DNA of 64,000 bases, from the NCBI GenBank assembly GCA_043825735.1, contig JBDRRP010000107.1, positions 248,001 through 312,000 on the forward strand, read 5' to 3'. The DNA comes from Pseudomonadota bacterium. Its GTDB lineage: Bacteria; Desulfobacterota; Desulfobacteria; Desulfobacterales; JBDRRP01. The translations under genes and the position numbers were made by a program. Below the pieces are notes generated by a model. It saw only the letters and a list, made by a program, of their open reading frames with translations, was not told the origin of the DNA and ran no database searches. Of this stretch, positions 48,982-58,173 are shown piece after piece (positions within the stretch are counted from its first letter, which is position 1; each line of letters begins with the position of its first letter).

Positions 48982-50288
48982 CCGATCCCTTGAAAAACGG
49001 CGCTCCGGATCTGGCCGACGACGTTACCCGTACGCTGGCTCTTGAATCTGCAGCCCGCCGTCGCCGCCGACGGTGGCGGTGGTTTTTTGCTGTGCTGCTG
49101 GTGCTGATTGCAGGGGCCGGCATTCTCAAATGGGAGGACCGCCGGCAGACCCCGGCCACCCAGTTTGTCACGCTGCCGGCGACGACCGGCAGCCTGACCG
49201 TCACCGTCACGGCCACCGGCAACCTGCAGCCGATCAACGAAGTGGATGTGGGCAGTGAACTGTCCGGGATCGTTCGGAGCGTGGAAGTCGACTACAATGA
49301 CGCGGTAAAGCAGGGGCAGGTGCTGGCGCGGCTCGACACCACCAAGCTCCAGGCGCAGGTGCTTCAGTCCACCGCCGCGCTTGCGGCGGCCAAGGCCAAG
49401 GTGCTTCAGGTGCAGGCCACCATTGCGGAGACCCGGGCCAAACGCGACCGGCTTAAAAACCTGAGCGTCCTCAGTGAGCAGCGGGCCGTCAGCCAGCTCG
49501 ATATCGACGTGGCCGATGCCGCCTTGGCCAGGGCCGAGGCTGACAAGGCCGCCGCCATTGCGGAAGCCGACCGGGCCAAGGCCATCCTGGAGGCCAATGA
49601 GACCGATCTGGGAAAAGCCGTGATCCGCTCACCCATCAACGGGGTCGTGCTGGTGCGTGCCGTCGAGCCGGGCCAGACCGTGGCCGCTTCGCTTCAGGCC
49701 CCGGTGCTCTTCACCCTGGCTGAAGACCTCTCCCAGATGGCGCTCCACGTCGACGTTGACGAAGCCGACGTGGGGCAGGTCAAAGCCGGGCAGGAGGCCA
49801 CCTTTACCGTGGACGCCTTTGCCGATCGCGTCTTCCCGGCGCAGATCACCCAGGTCCGATTCGGCTCGAAGACCACCGGCGGTGTCGTCACTTATGAAAC
49901 CCTGCTCAAAGTGGACAACGGCGACCTGTTGCTGCGTCCCGGGATGACCGCCACCGCCGAGATCGTGGTGCGCAAGATCGAAAACGCCCTGTTGGTGCCG
50001 AACGCGGCGCTGCGGTTTACGCCACCGGCCACCGTCCAGGGTGGGCAACGCAGAAGTGGCGGCATCCTCACCAGGCTCTTTCCGCGGCCGCAACGAAACA
50101 CTGAAAAAAAACCGGCCACGGCGGGGAACGGCAAAACACAGCTGCGCGTGTGGACGCTTCGTGACGGCCGGTCGGTGCCTGTCGCCATTTTCACCGGCAT
50201 GACCGACGGCGCCAGCACGCAGGTCACCGGCGGCGATCTCCAGCCCGGCATGCCGCTGATTGTTGACGTGGTGACACAAGGCAAATGA
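48978..50288 (+). CDS. MacA-like efflux periplasmic adaptor
   Basis: 'VGSELSG', 'IRSPINGVV', 'GQTVAASLQAP.LF', 'LRPGMTATA'. Confidence 0.9.
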   Translation: MTDPLKNGAPDLADDVTRTLALESAARRRRRRWRWFFAVLLVLIAGAGILKWEDRRQTPATQFVTLPATTGSLTVTVTATGNLQPINEVDVGSELSGIVRSVEVDYNDAVKQGQVLARLDTTKLQAQVLQSTAALAAAKAKVLQVQATIAETRAKRDRLKNLSVLSEQRAVSQLDIDVADAALARAEADKAAAIAEADRAKAILEANETDLGKAVIRSPINGVVLVRAVEPGQTVAASLQAPVLFTLAEDLSQMALHVDVDEADVGQVKAGQEATFTVDAFADRVFPAQITQVRFGSKTTGGVVTYETLLKVDNGDLLLRPGMTATAEIVVRKIENALLVPNAALRFTPPATVQGGQRRSGGILTRLFPRPQRNTEKKPATAGNGKTQLRVWTLRDGRSVPVAIFTGMTDGASTQVTGGDLQPGMPLIVDVVTQGK

Positions 50289-51025
50289 CGACCGCAACCG
50301 AGCCATTTCCAGAAACGGATCGCCTGCCGCCGCTCATCGCCTTGCGGGCCGTGAGCAAGGTTTACGGGGCCGGCACCGCTGCCGTGCATGCACTGCGTGG
50401 CATCGATCTTTCAATTGCATCTGGAGAATTCGTGGCGGTCATGGGTCCGAGCGGGTCGGGCAAATCCACCTGCATGAACATTCTGGGATGCATGGACACC
50501 CCGTCGGCGGGTGAATTCCGTTTCGAGGGAATCAGCGTCGGATCGCTCTCCCGGGACCAGCGCGCCCTGTTGCGGCGCCACCACCTGGGCTTCGTTTTTC
50601 AGGGTTTCAATCTCCTGAACCGTACCACTGCTTTGGAGAATGTCGAGCTGCCGCTGATATACCGCGGCCTGCCGGCGGCCCGGCGGCGTGAAATGGGCCG
50701 GGAAGCGCTGGCATCCGTAGGTCTTTCCGGATGGGAATCCCATACCCCGGGAGAGCTCTCTGGCGGCCAGCAGCAGCGCGTGGCCATCGCGCGGGCCATT
50801 GTGGCCGCGCCCGAAGTCCTGCTGGCCGATGAGCCGACAGGCAACCTCGACTCTGAAAGAAGCCGGGAGATCATGGCGCTGCTCACCCGCTTCAACCGTG
50901 AGCGGGGGATCACGATTGTCATGGTGACCCATGAGGCCGAGATGGCGGCCTATGCCCGGCGTTGCATCGTCTTCAGGGACGGTCGCATTATCGAAGATCC
51001 GCTATCGAAAGAAATCGCGTCATGA
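50285..51025 (+). CDS. ABC transporter ATP-binding protein (MacB/LolD-like)
   Basis: 'GPSGSGKST', 'LSGGQQQRVAIAR', 'LADEPTGNLD', 'VTH'. Confidence 0.93.
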   Translation: MTTATEPFPETDRLPPLIALRAVSKVYGAGTAAVHALRGIDLSIASGEFVAVMGPSGSGKSTCMNILGCMDTPSAGEFRFEGISVGSLSRDQRALLRRHHLGFVFQGFNLLNRTTALENVELPLIYRGLPAARRREMGREALASVGLSGWESHTPGELSGGQQQRVAIARAIVAAPEVLLADEPTGNLDSERSREIMALLTRFNRERGITIVMVTHEAEMAAYARRCIVFRDGRIIEDPLSKEIAS

Positions 51026-52233
51026 TCGGGGAAAGCATCCATCTGGCATTGCGGGAGATCCGTCGCAACGTGCTGCGCTCCTCGCTCACGATTCTCGGCA
51101 TCGTGATCGGCGTGGCGGCGGTCATCGTCATGGTGACCATCGGCGCCGGTGCCACGGCCCAGGTCACCAACGATATCGCCAAACTGGGCAGCAATCTGCT
51201 CATGGTGCGTCCCGGGCAGGGATTCCGGGGGCCGGGGGGCTCGCGCTCCAGTGCGGAGGGCTTTGAGACGGACGATGCCGATGCCATCGCCGGCGAAATC
51301 AGCGGTCTTTCCAGCGTGGCGCCCACTTCGAGTCAGTCGAGTCAGGCCATTTTCGGCAATACCAACTGGGCGACCACGGTCACCGGCAGCACCAACGCAT
51401 ACCTCGATGCCCGCGATTGGCACCTGGCCACAGGACGCCGGTTTTCCGAAGGCGAGCTGCGCTCCGGCAAGGCAGTCTGCATCATCGGCGCTACGGTGAA
51501 AAGGGAGCTTTTCGGCGCGCAGAAGGCCGTCGGTGAGGCAATCCGGCTCAAACAGCTCACCTGCCAGGTGATCGGGGTGTTCGACGAAAAGGGGCAGTCC
51601 GGTTTCGGTCAGGACCAGGACGACTTCGTGCTGGTGCCGCTGCGGATGTTCCAGCGCCGCATTGCGGGTGATACGCGCGTCGGCATCATTTACGTGTCCG
51701 CCCGGGATGGGGTGCCCACCGAGAAGGTCCAGGCCGCCATCGAGCGTCTGATGCGAGAACGGCGGCGCATCGCTCCGGGCAAGGATGACGACTTCAATGT
51801 CCGGGACATGAAGGAGATCATGGCCACCCTCACCGGCACCACCCGGATTCTCACCGCGCTCTTGAGCGCCGTGGCGGCCGTGAGTCTGCTGGTGGGGGGG
51901 ATCGGCATCATGAACATCATGCTGGTCTCGGTGACCGAGCGGACCCGCGAGATCGGCATCCGCCTGGCCATCGGTGCGCTTGAAGGCGACGTGCTCAAGC
52001 AGTTTCTGGTCGAGTCGGTCGTCTTGTCGTGCCTGGGCGGGCTGGTCGGGATCGCGCTGGGACTGGGCGGTGCGGCCGCCGGTGCCCGAATGCTGGAGAT
52101 CCCCTTTATCTTAAATCCCATCATCGTCCTGGAGGCGTTCTTTTTTTCGGGCGCCGTCGGTGTGATCTTCGGCTATTTTCCGGCCAGAAAGGCCGCCCGC
52201 CTGGATCCCATCGAGAGCCTGCGCCACGAGTAG
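51022..52233 (+). CDS. MacB-like ABC permease (FtsX family)
   Basis: 'RSSLTILGIVIGV', 'VGGIGIMNIMLVSVTERTREIGIR', 'PARKAARLDPIESLRHE'. Confidence 0.93.
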   Translation: MIGESIHLALREIRRNVLRSSLTILGIVIGVAAVIVMVTIGAGATAQVTNDIAKLGSNLLMVRPGQGFRGPGGSRSSAEGFETDDADAIAGEISGLSSVAPTSSQSSQAIFGNTNWATTVTGSTNAYLDARDWHLATGRRFSEGELRSGKAVCIIGATVKRELFGAQKAVGEAIRLKQLTCQVIGVFDEKGQSGFGQDQDDFVLVPLRMFQRRIAGDTRVGIIYVSARDGVPTEKVQAAIERLMRERRRIAPGKDDDFNVRDMKEIMATLTGTTRILTALLSAVAAVSLLVGGIGIMNIMLVSVTERTREIGIRLAIGALEGDVLKQFLVESVVLSCLGGLVGIALGLGGAAAGARMLEIPFILNPIIVLEAFFFSGAVGVIFGYFPARKAARLDPIESLRHE

Positions 52234-52237
52234 CTTT

Positions 52238-52434
52238 GATGGTCATGTAAGAAGTCGCATTTCTCCTTTTCCGGTCATCCCGGCGAAGGCCGGGATCCAG
52301 AGGTTTTAAATACATCTTGTATCTGGATTCATCCCGAAGCCAGGGTCTCTCGAATACCGGTTTACAGCCGTCGGCACTGCTGGATACCGGATCGGGTCCG
52401 GTATGACAATCGGGGCACTTTTTACGGTTTCATC
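52238..52434. mobile_element. MITE-like element with the family TIR, carrying GTCAT-type REP palindromes
   Basis: Left gatggtcatgtaagaagt, right actttttacggtttcatc; inside gtcatcccggcgaaggccgggatccag and ctggataccggatcgggtccggtatgac. Confidence 0.6.
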
Positions 52435-52540
52435 GACCTCGAATATATAAAAAGGGCGGCCGGCCGGAGATAGCCGTCGCCCTCAATGACATCTATTGTC
52501 GCGGAGTCATCCGTTGACGTTTTTGTGGGAGCAGCCCTTT

Positions 52541-53203
52541 TTATTGCTTGATATTGGCGATAAACTGCTCGGAGCTCTTGATGGAAGCGTTCATGTTTTG
52601 AATCAAGCCGTCGATGTCTTTTTTCAGCGTCGAGAACTCGGCTTTCAATGACCCGATGGCCTGAGCGTTCAGGTTGTGCTTGAGAAAGAGCACGTTGTCA
52701 CGGAATGTGTTCAGAACCGGCGTCATGCTCTTTTCGGCCTTGCGCATGCTGGCCAGCATGGCCTTGTAGCGCGCGCGGGTATCGTTGAGTTTGCGCTGGC
52801 TGGATTGCCGCAGCGAGGCACTGGTGTAAAGTGCAAGCTCGTCCTCCCATTCCTCGAAAAGTGCCTCTGCCACCGATGCCACCTTGTCGATGCGATCGGA
52901 AACGGTTTTGGCGGCATCCTCGCAGTCCTCGAACTCGGCATTGAGCTTTTCGTAGGCCGCTTTCAGATCGCTGTCACCGATGTTGACCACCGCGCTGAAC
53001 TGCTCAAGCGCCGATTTGAACTGGTCCTGTGCCTCGGTCTGCGCGTCCCGTGCCCCTTCCACCCGGTCGATGAGAATGTCCCGTTTGTGAACGCCGACTT
53101 TTTCCATGGCACCGTAGTACGCGCTTGCGCAGCCGCCTGCCAGCGCGGCGGCAGCCAGGATGATCAGGCATTTCAGGGCACGGAATGTGGTGGATCGTTT
53201 CAT
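52541..53203 (-). CDS. DUF2959-family lipoprotein
   Basis: Lipobox 'AGGC', 'YYGAMEKVGVHKRDILIDRV', 'FLKHNLNAQAIGSL'. Confidence 0.88.
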   Translation of the reverse strand: MKRSTTFRALKCLIILAAAALAGGCASAYYGAMEKVGVHKRDILIDRVEGARDAQTEAQDQFKSALEQFSAVVNIGDSDLKAAYEKLNAEFEDCEDAAKTVSDRIDKVASVAEALFEEWEDELALYTSASLRQSSQRKLNDTRARYKAMLASMRKAEKSMTPVLNTFRDNVLFLKHNLNAQAIGSLKAEFSTLKKDIDGLIQNMNASIKSSEQFIANIKQ

Positions 53204-53285
53204 GACTGGCTCCTTTGGGAGGGCGCTGACTAAAACGCCCCCTGCGGATACGCACAGGGGGCGCGGTTTTCGGCTAATCAGCGGA

Positions 53286-53537
53286 TCAGGCCAGAAAACC
53301 CGGATCGATGTCCTTGACGAATTCGTCGATGGCATCGCCGAAGTGCGTCAGAAATTTATCCATGCCTTTGCTGCCGGACATTTTGCCGGCAATGACGGCC
53401 GCCTTGGCGTAAACCTCTTCGAATCCGTTTTTGTCAAGGCCACTGATTTCGTGCGCCTCTTCTTTGGAGATGTGCCCCGTGTGCGCGAATACGGCCGCAA
53501 GAACACCCGTCACTTTTTTCACTTTTTCCTTGGCCAT
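53286..53537 (-). CDS. Small hypothetical protein (83 aa)
   Basis: AAGGAGG RBS, typical codon usage, hairpin at ~53232-53268 downstream. Confidence 0.7.
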   Translation of the reverse strand: MAKEKVKKVTGVLAAVFAHTGHISKEEAHEISGLDKNGFEEVYAKAAVIAGKMSGSKGMDKFLTHFGDAIDEFVKDIDPGFLA

Positions 53538-53888
53538 CGTACCTCCTTCCGTTTAGCTGGCGTGGTTGCTGCATTGACCCACTGCGTTTTGGATACCCAT
53601 GTTCAAATATGCATTATAGCCATTGTCATAAAACCGTTCCGTTTGCACAACAACGCATGGTGAACATCGAAATCGCTATCGGTATCGCTATCGGCCTCGG
53701 AAAACATCGATTTCGACCCCGAGAGGATCTTGGCGATGAAACGGAACATTATTCTGCCAAGCACGCTTAAAACAAAGACAAAATCCGGAGACAGCTACCA
53801 GAATTTTTTGCCTTATGTCCATTCATAAATACCCCTCCCCTGGTGGGAGGGGACAGGGGAGCACCGAGGCTGAAAATGCCCGCCGCTG

Positions 53889-54326
53889 TTACATGCTTGC
53901 CCGCAGCAGGGGTAGACCTTCTCCCATCGCCGATTGCGTCAATCGCTCATCGAAACAGGCGAAAATGAGATCATTGGGCAATCGTTCATGAATAAGGAGG
54001 GCGGACGCCAAGTGGATGGCATCAAACCCCCTTAGCGGGTGTTTTTCAAGCACGGATCGGATCAGATCGTTCAGACCGTCATTGACCTCCACCCGAATGA
54101 ACCCCGTCCAGTCGTTTTTAAAATCTACCATCGCTTTGTCAAACAGCGCCAAGGCCTCGGGTCCGGACGCTCTTTTTTTCCGATAAATGGCCGCTAAAGC
54201 TTCGGCGTATGCCACGGCAGACGTCGCCACTTCATCGGCCTGATTCCATGCAGCGACGAGCATCTCGGAAAAGGATTCTTTAAAATACTTTTTGACCAGG
54301 GCGCTGGTGTCCAGATACAAAATCAT
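53889..54326 (-). CDS. vapC: VapC PIN-domain toxin
   Basis: 'YLDTSALVK', 'AYAE', 'LRGFDAIHLASA', 'ACFDERL'. Confidence 0.9.
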   Translation of the reverse strand: MILYLDTSALVKKYFKESFSEMLVAAWNQADEVATSAVAYAEALAAIYRKKRASGPEALALFDKAMVDFKNDWTGFIRVEVNDGLNDLIRSVLEKHPLRGFDAIHLASALLIHERLPNDLIFACFDERLTQSAMGEGLPLLRASM

Positions 54327-54607
54327 CGCCGGTCCTCAATGACCATATCAGACACAGGCGTACCACTGACTGGTTGCTGGGGCGGAAGAATCGATTTTTT
54401 TTTCAGACGGGTGGTCGGCAGGGAAACCAACCCTTCCTTGACAAGGGGTGACAGGGCCGCGCGTATCGATTTAGCGTCGGGTTTTTCTCTGATAATTCTG
54501 GCAATGGGTTTTCCCCTTTCCGTGATAATCACCTCGTCACCGGATTTTACAGCGGCCAGATAGCGGCTCAGATTGTTTTTGATTTCTTTGACACCGGCGT
54601 TAATCAT
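54323..54607 (-). CDS. Phd/YefM-family antitoxin
   Basis: 'GVKEIKNNLSRYL..VKSGDEVIITERGKPIARI'; 4-nt overlap with vapC. Confidence 0.9.
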   Translation of the reverse strand: MINAGVKEIKNNLSRYLAAVKSGDEVIITERGKPIARIIREKPDAKSIRAALSPLVKEGLVSLPTTRLKKKSILPPQQPVSGTPVSDMVIEDRR

Positions 54608-54717
54608 GGCGGTCAACTCCAGAGTAGCTACTTGTGGCAAAATCGTATCCACTTTTTCTGCAGAAATCAACCCGTAATATATGCTGCGGACGGCGCTTGG
54701 GGGCATGCAAGCGGTTC

Positions 54718-55587
54718 TTATGGCGTCACGTAAAGCAGCGGTCTCAGGGCCGTCAGTGTTGCCGGGCCGATGCCCTTGACCTTTGTCAACGCATCCACGG
54801 ATCGGTAAGGCCGCCCGGAAATGATTTCTGCCGCAAGCGATGGCCCGATTCCCTTGATAGCGGCCAACTGCTCCGCGCTGGCGGTGTTGATGTCGATCCT
54901 TTTCTGCGGCGTTTCTTGAACGCGCACCTGTTGCTGGATATCCGACAGTTTGCGGTCCTCCGCGCGCTGCGCCGCCCTCAACTCGGCGATGCGATCCGGG
55001 TCGCTGCGCGCCCAGATGCCGGCCCGTTTCAACATGGCCGAGGCCTCCATGTCTTTGAGCCGCTGGCTCATTTCGTCATGAGCGACGCCCTCCGGCGTTT
55101 CCCGCCGGACGCCAAAAGGACGGGCGAGTCCATTTTTGACCAAAAGGCTCGCCAGATCATCACCGCCGGCGGTTTCGATAAAGCCGTAAATTCGCGGGAT
55201 GGATGAGCGCCCGGGCGCCGATGCGAATGTCGTATACAGCGTAAACGGCGCCGAGAGCACCCTGGCGGTAAACGCTGCTGCCGCCTTGCCGAAGCTCACG
55301 GCCTCGACAACGCTGGGCAGACCGAAGTACCGCATCTGCTCGCTCAACCGCCGGGCATCGGAGGTCGCCAGGGCGGATGTTTCGGGGCAGTCGACAAAAT
55401 AGAGCCTCACCAGCAGGTGCCTGCCGCCGGCCATGACATGAAAACTGTCACCGTCGTTTGAATCCGATGCTGTCAACGCCACGTTGTGAAAAATCTCGAG
55501 GCTACCGGCACGGCAAATCGATACCACTGAAAGCATCAGCATGGCGATGGAAAAAAAGACAACACCGACAGGCGCTTTGCGAATCAT
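54718..55587 (-). CDS. Secreted thermonuclease(SNase)-like domain fused to a ComEA-type helix-hairpin-helix domain
   Basis: Signal peptide, 'NDGDSF', 'VRLYFVDCPE', 'LVKNGLA', C-terminal 'IDINTASAEQL..IKGIGP...VKGIGP'. Confidence 0.8.
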   Translation of the reverse strand: MIRKAPVGVVFFSIAMLMLSVVSICRAGSLEIFHNVALTASDSNDGDSFHVMAGGRHLLVRLYFVDCPETSALATSDARRLSEQMRYFGLPSVVEAVSFGKAAAAFTARVLSAPFTLYTTFASAPGRSSIPRIYGFIETAGGDDLASLLVKNGLARPFGVRRETPEGVAHDEMSQRLKDMEASAMLKRAGIWARSDPDRIAELRAAQRAEDRKLSDIQQQVRVQETPQKRIDINTASAEQLAAIKGIGPSLAAEIISGRPYRSVDALTKVKGIGPATLTALRPLLYVTP

Positions 55588-55698
55588 GAGTCCCCTCTGG
55601 AAGTATTCATTACAGGATTTCAGCCCGAGGGATTCGGGCCGCGGTTTCAGCTTACCGCGATGGAAAGCCCATACAGCCGGCGATGTTTTGGTGTCCTC

Positions 55699-56670
55699 TC
55701 ATTGGCCTAAAACGCGGCTCGCCAGATATGCGGTGTAGCCGACATAGCATGCCAGCAATGCCGCTCCCTCGAAACGGTTGATGCGCCCGGGCCCCCGGAA
55801 ACCGTAGCCGATGACAAAGAGAGAGACCGTGAGTGCGGCCATGACCGGAACGTCCCGGGAGAGAACTTCCGGCCCCACGCGCATCGGGTGAATCGCCCCG
55901 GCGATGCCGACCACGGCCAGCGTGTTGAAAAGATTGGAGCCCAGAATATTGCCCAGGGCAATGTCGTGCTCTCCTTTGCGGGCGGCGATGATTGACGAGG
56001 CCAGCTCCGGCAGCGAGGTGCCAACGGCCACTATGGTGAGCCCGATGATGAGATCGCTCACCCCGAAGCCGCGGGCGATCTCGACCGCCCCCCAGACCAG
56101 GAGCCTGGAGCTGGCGACCAGCACGGCCAGTCCGATGATGAGCCAGAAGACCGCCCGGACGATCGGCAGGGTGCGTGCCTCCAGTTCCATCGCCATTTCT
56201 CTTCCCAGGGCGTCCGGCTGCCCGCGCAGGCCCTGGCGGATGGTCCAGGCCATCAGGGCGCCAAATACACCGAGCAGCACCAGGGCGTCGGCGCGGGAGA
56301 TCTCGCCGTCCAAAAGCTGATAGGCGGCCAAGGTGGTGACGGCGGTGAGTATCGGCAGTTCCTTGCGAAGTACCTGAGAATGCACGGCGATGGGACTGAT
56401 CAGGGCGGCCACTCCGAGGATCAGGGCGATGTTCGCGATATTCGAGCCGTAGGCGTTGCCAAGGGCGATGCCCGGGTTGCCCTGAGCGGCCGAGAGCGCC
56501 GAGACCAGCATTTCGGGTACGGAAGTGCCAAAACCCACGATCACCATTCCGATCAGCAGCGGCGGCATCCCGAAATGGCGTGCGGTGGCCGCAGCGCCTT
56601 CCACAAACCGGTCCGCGCTCCACACCAGGAGCACCAAACCAACGGCGATAGCGAGAATAGCGAGAGCCAT
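55699..56670 (-). CDS. Calcium/sodium antiporter (YrbG/CaCA family)
   Basis: Alpha repeats 'GTSVPE...GSNIAN' and 'GTSLPE...GSNLFN'. Confidence 0.92.
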   Translation of the reverse strand: MALAILAIAVGLVLLVWSADRFVEGAAATARHFGMPPLLIGMVIVGFGTSVPEMLVSALSAAQGNPGIALGNAYGSNIANIALILGVAALISPIAVHSQVLRKELPILTAVTTLAAYQLLDGEISRADALVLLGVFGALMAWTIRQGLRGQPDALGREMAMELEARTLPIVRAVFWLIIGLAVLVASSRLLVWGAVEIARGFGVSDLIIGLTIVAVGTSLPELASSIIAARKGEHDIALGNILGSNLFNTLAVVGIAGAIHPMRVGPEVLSRDVPVMAALTVSLFVIGYGFRGPGRINRFEGAALLACYVGYTAYLASRVLGQ

Positions 56671-56798
56671 AGGGTGGGTTACCACGCTTGCCGCACTGGC
56701 AGAGGCCCTGGAACAACCGCAAGGCTGCCGAACCGGGCGCGGTTCAGGGTGGTGTATAAGGTATTGGCCGGGTCAAAGGATAAATGGCCACGTTTTCA

Positions 56799-57953
56799 TT
56801 AAGGCGTTCGCTTGACCGGCCTTCGTGTCCGGCGTTTTTTCCCTTCAATTTTTTCGATGGGATCGTTTACATAGACTTTTCCTAGCCCGATCGGCGAGGT
56901 AAATGTCCCGCCTTTTTTGTCTTCACTGATGCCATCTGAAAACCCTAAATCCAATGGCACTTTTCCCCGGCCGCCCATGGCATCGACGACATAGGTCGGG
57001 CGAAGAAAACCGGTCGTGGATCCGCAAAGGTCCCTGCAGATTTCTTTGCCGCGGTATACGTCTGTTCTGAAATGGCCGGTGCCCTCAACGAGATCGGCAT
57101 AATACAGATAATATGGTTTTATCCCCATCTTACCCAGGCCGTGCATCAGGACCCTCATGACATCGGTGTCATCGTTGACGCCCTTCATCAAGACGGTCTG
57201 GTTCCCGAGCGGAATGCCCAACTCCCTTAAAATCTTAACGGCCTTGTAGCTTTCTGCCGTGATTTCATTGGGGTGATTGAAGTGGGTGTTGATGTAAAAC
57301 TGCGGTTCTTTCAGCGACTGGGGCGTGTGTTTTCTCAGCACCTCAACCAGTTCTTTGTCTTCAATAATTTTTTGCGGCCACACGCAGGGCACCCTTGTCC
57401 CGATTCTGATCATTTCGAGGTGGCGGATTTCTTTCAGTTTCCCCAGGATCTCATCGAGCCGGCTGACCTTGATTAAAAACGGGTCTCCGCCGGAGATCAA
57501 TACGTCCCTGATGTCTTCGTGGGAAGCAACGTATTCGATCCCTTTTTTGATGTCCTCGATTGACGGGTTTTTTCGTTCGTCGCCAACTTTTCGCTTTCTG
57601 GTGCAAAAGCGGCAATACATGGCGCACTCGTTCGATACGAGCAGCAGCACCCGATCCGGATACCGGTGGACGATCGTCCTCGGCCCGCCCAGCGGGATGT
57701 CGCCTTCCTCATCGAGCGGATCCGCCGTCAGGTCCATGTAGTGATCGAGCTCGTCGACATTGGGAATGGACTGTTTCCAAATGCCGTCGTTCATTTTCTC
57801 GATAAGGTTGAGGTAATAGGTGTTGACCCGCATGGGGTATCTGGCAATGACCTCCTCGAGTCTGGGGTCGACTTTGACCCGACGCCCGGCAAGCCATTTC
57901 TCCAGATCGGCGAATGTTTTGATGCCGTTTCTTAAGATGTCCCTGTAAGCCAT
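56799..57953 (-). CDS. kamA: KamA-family radical SAM enzyme (lysine 2,3-aminomutase-like)
   Basis: 'HRYPDRVLL', CxxxCxxC 'CAMYCRFCTRKR', 'SGGDP', 'HFNHPNE', 'PTYVVDAMGGRGK'. Confidence 0.85.
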   Translation of the reverse strand: MAYRDILRNGIKTFADLEKWLAGRRVKVDPRLEEVIARYPMRVNTYYLNLIEKMNDGIWKQSIPNVDELDHYMDLTADPLDEEGDIPLGGPRTIVHRYPDRVLLLVSNECAMYCRFCTRKRKVGDERKNPSIEDIKKGIEYVASHEDIRDVLISGGDPFLIKVSRLDEILGKLKEIRHLEMIRIGTRVPCVWPQKIIEDKELVEVLRKHTPQSLKEPQFYINTHFNHPNEITAESYKAVKILRELGIPLGNQTVLMKGVNDDTDVMRVLMHGLGKMGIKPYYLYYADLVEGTGHFRTDVYRGKEICRDLCGSTTGFLRPTYVVDAMGGRGKVPLDLGFSDGISEDKKGGTFTSPIGLGKVYVNDPIEKIEGKKRRTRRPVKRTP

Positions 57954-58173
57954 AACTGAGCTTCCTTCCTATTTCTTGTGACGTCAAGCCGGCATCAATA
58001 CTTTTCTGTGTTGAACCGACGCCTCGGCGGTGATTTGGCTATAGAAGATCACAGTCTTGGATTTGCGGTTATAATTAGCGAGGTTGGCGTTCAGGATCAA
58101 GGTAAAAATGAGGAAGAGGCAGGACGGGTGCATAAAGAGGCCAGTGATTTTAAACTACAACCCGGAGGCCGTT

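Noticed and set aside
53600..54700. TA pair and nearby palindromes as integron cassettes (attC)
   Set aside because: No convincing RYYYAAC...GTTRRRY attC structures and no integrase
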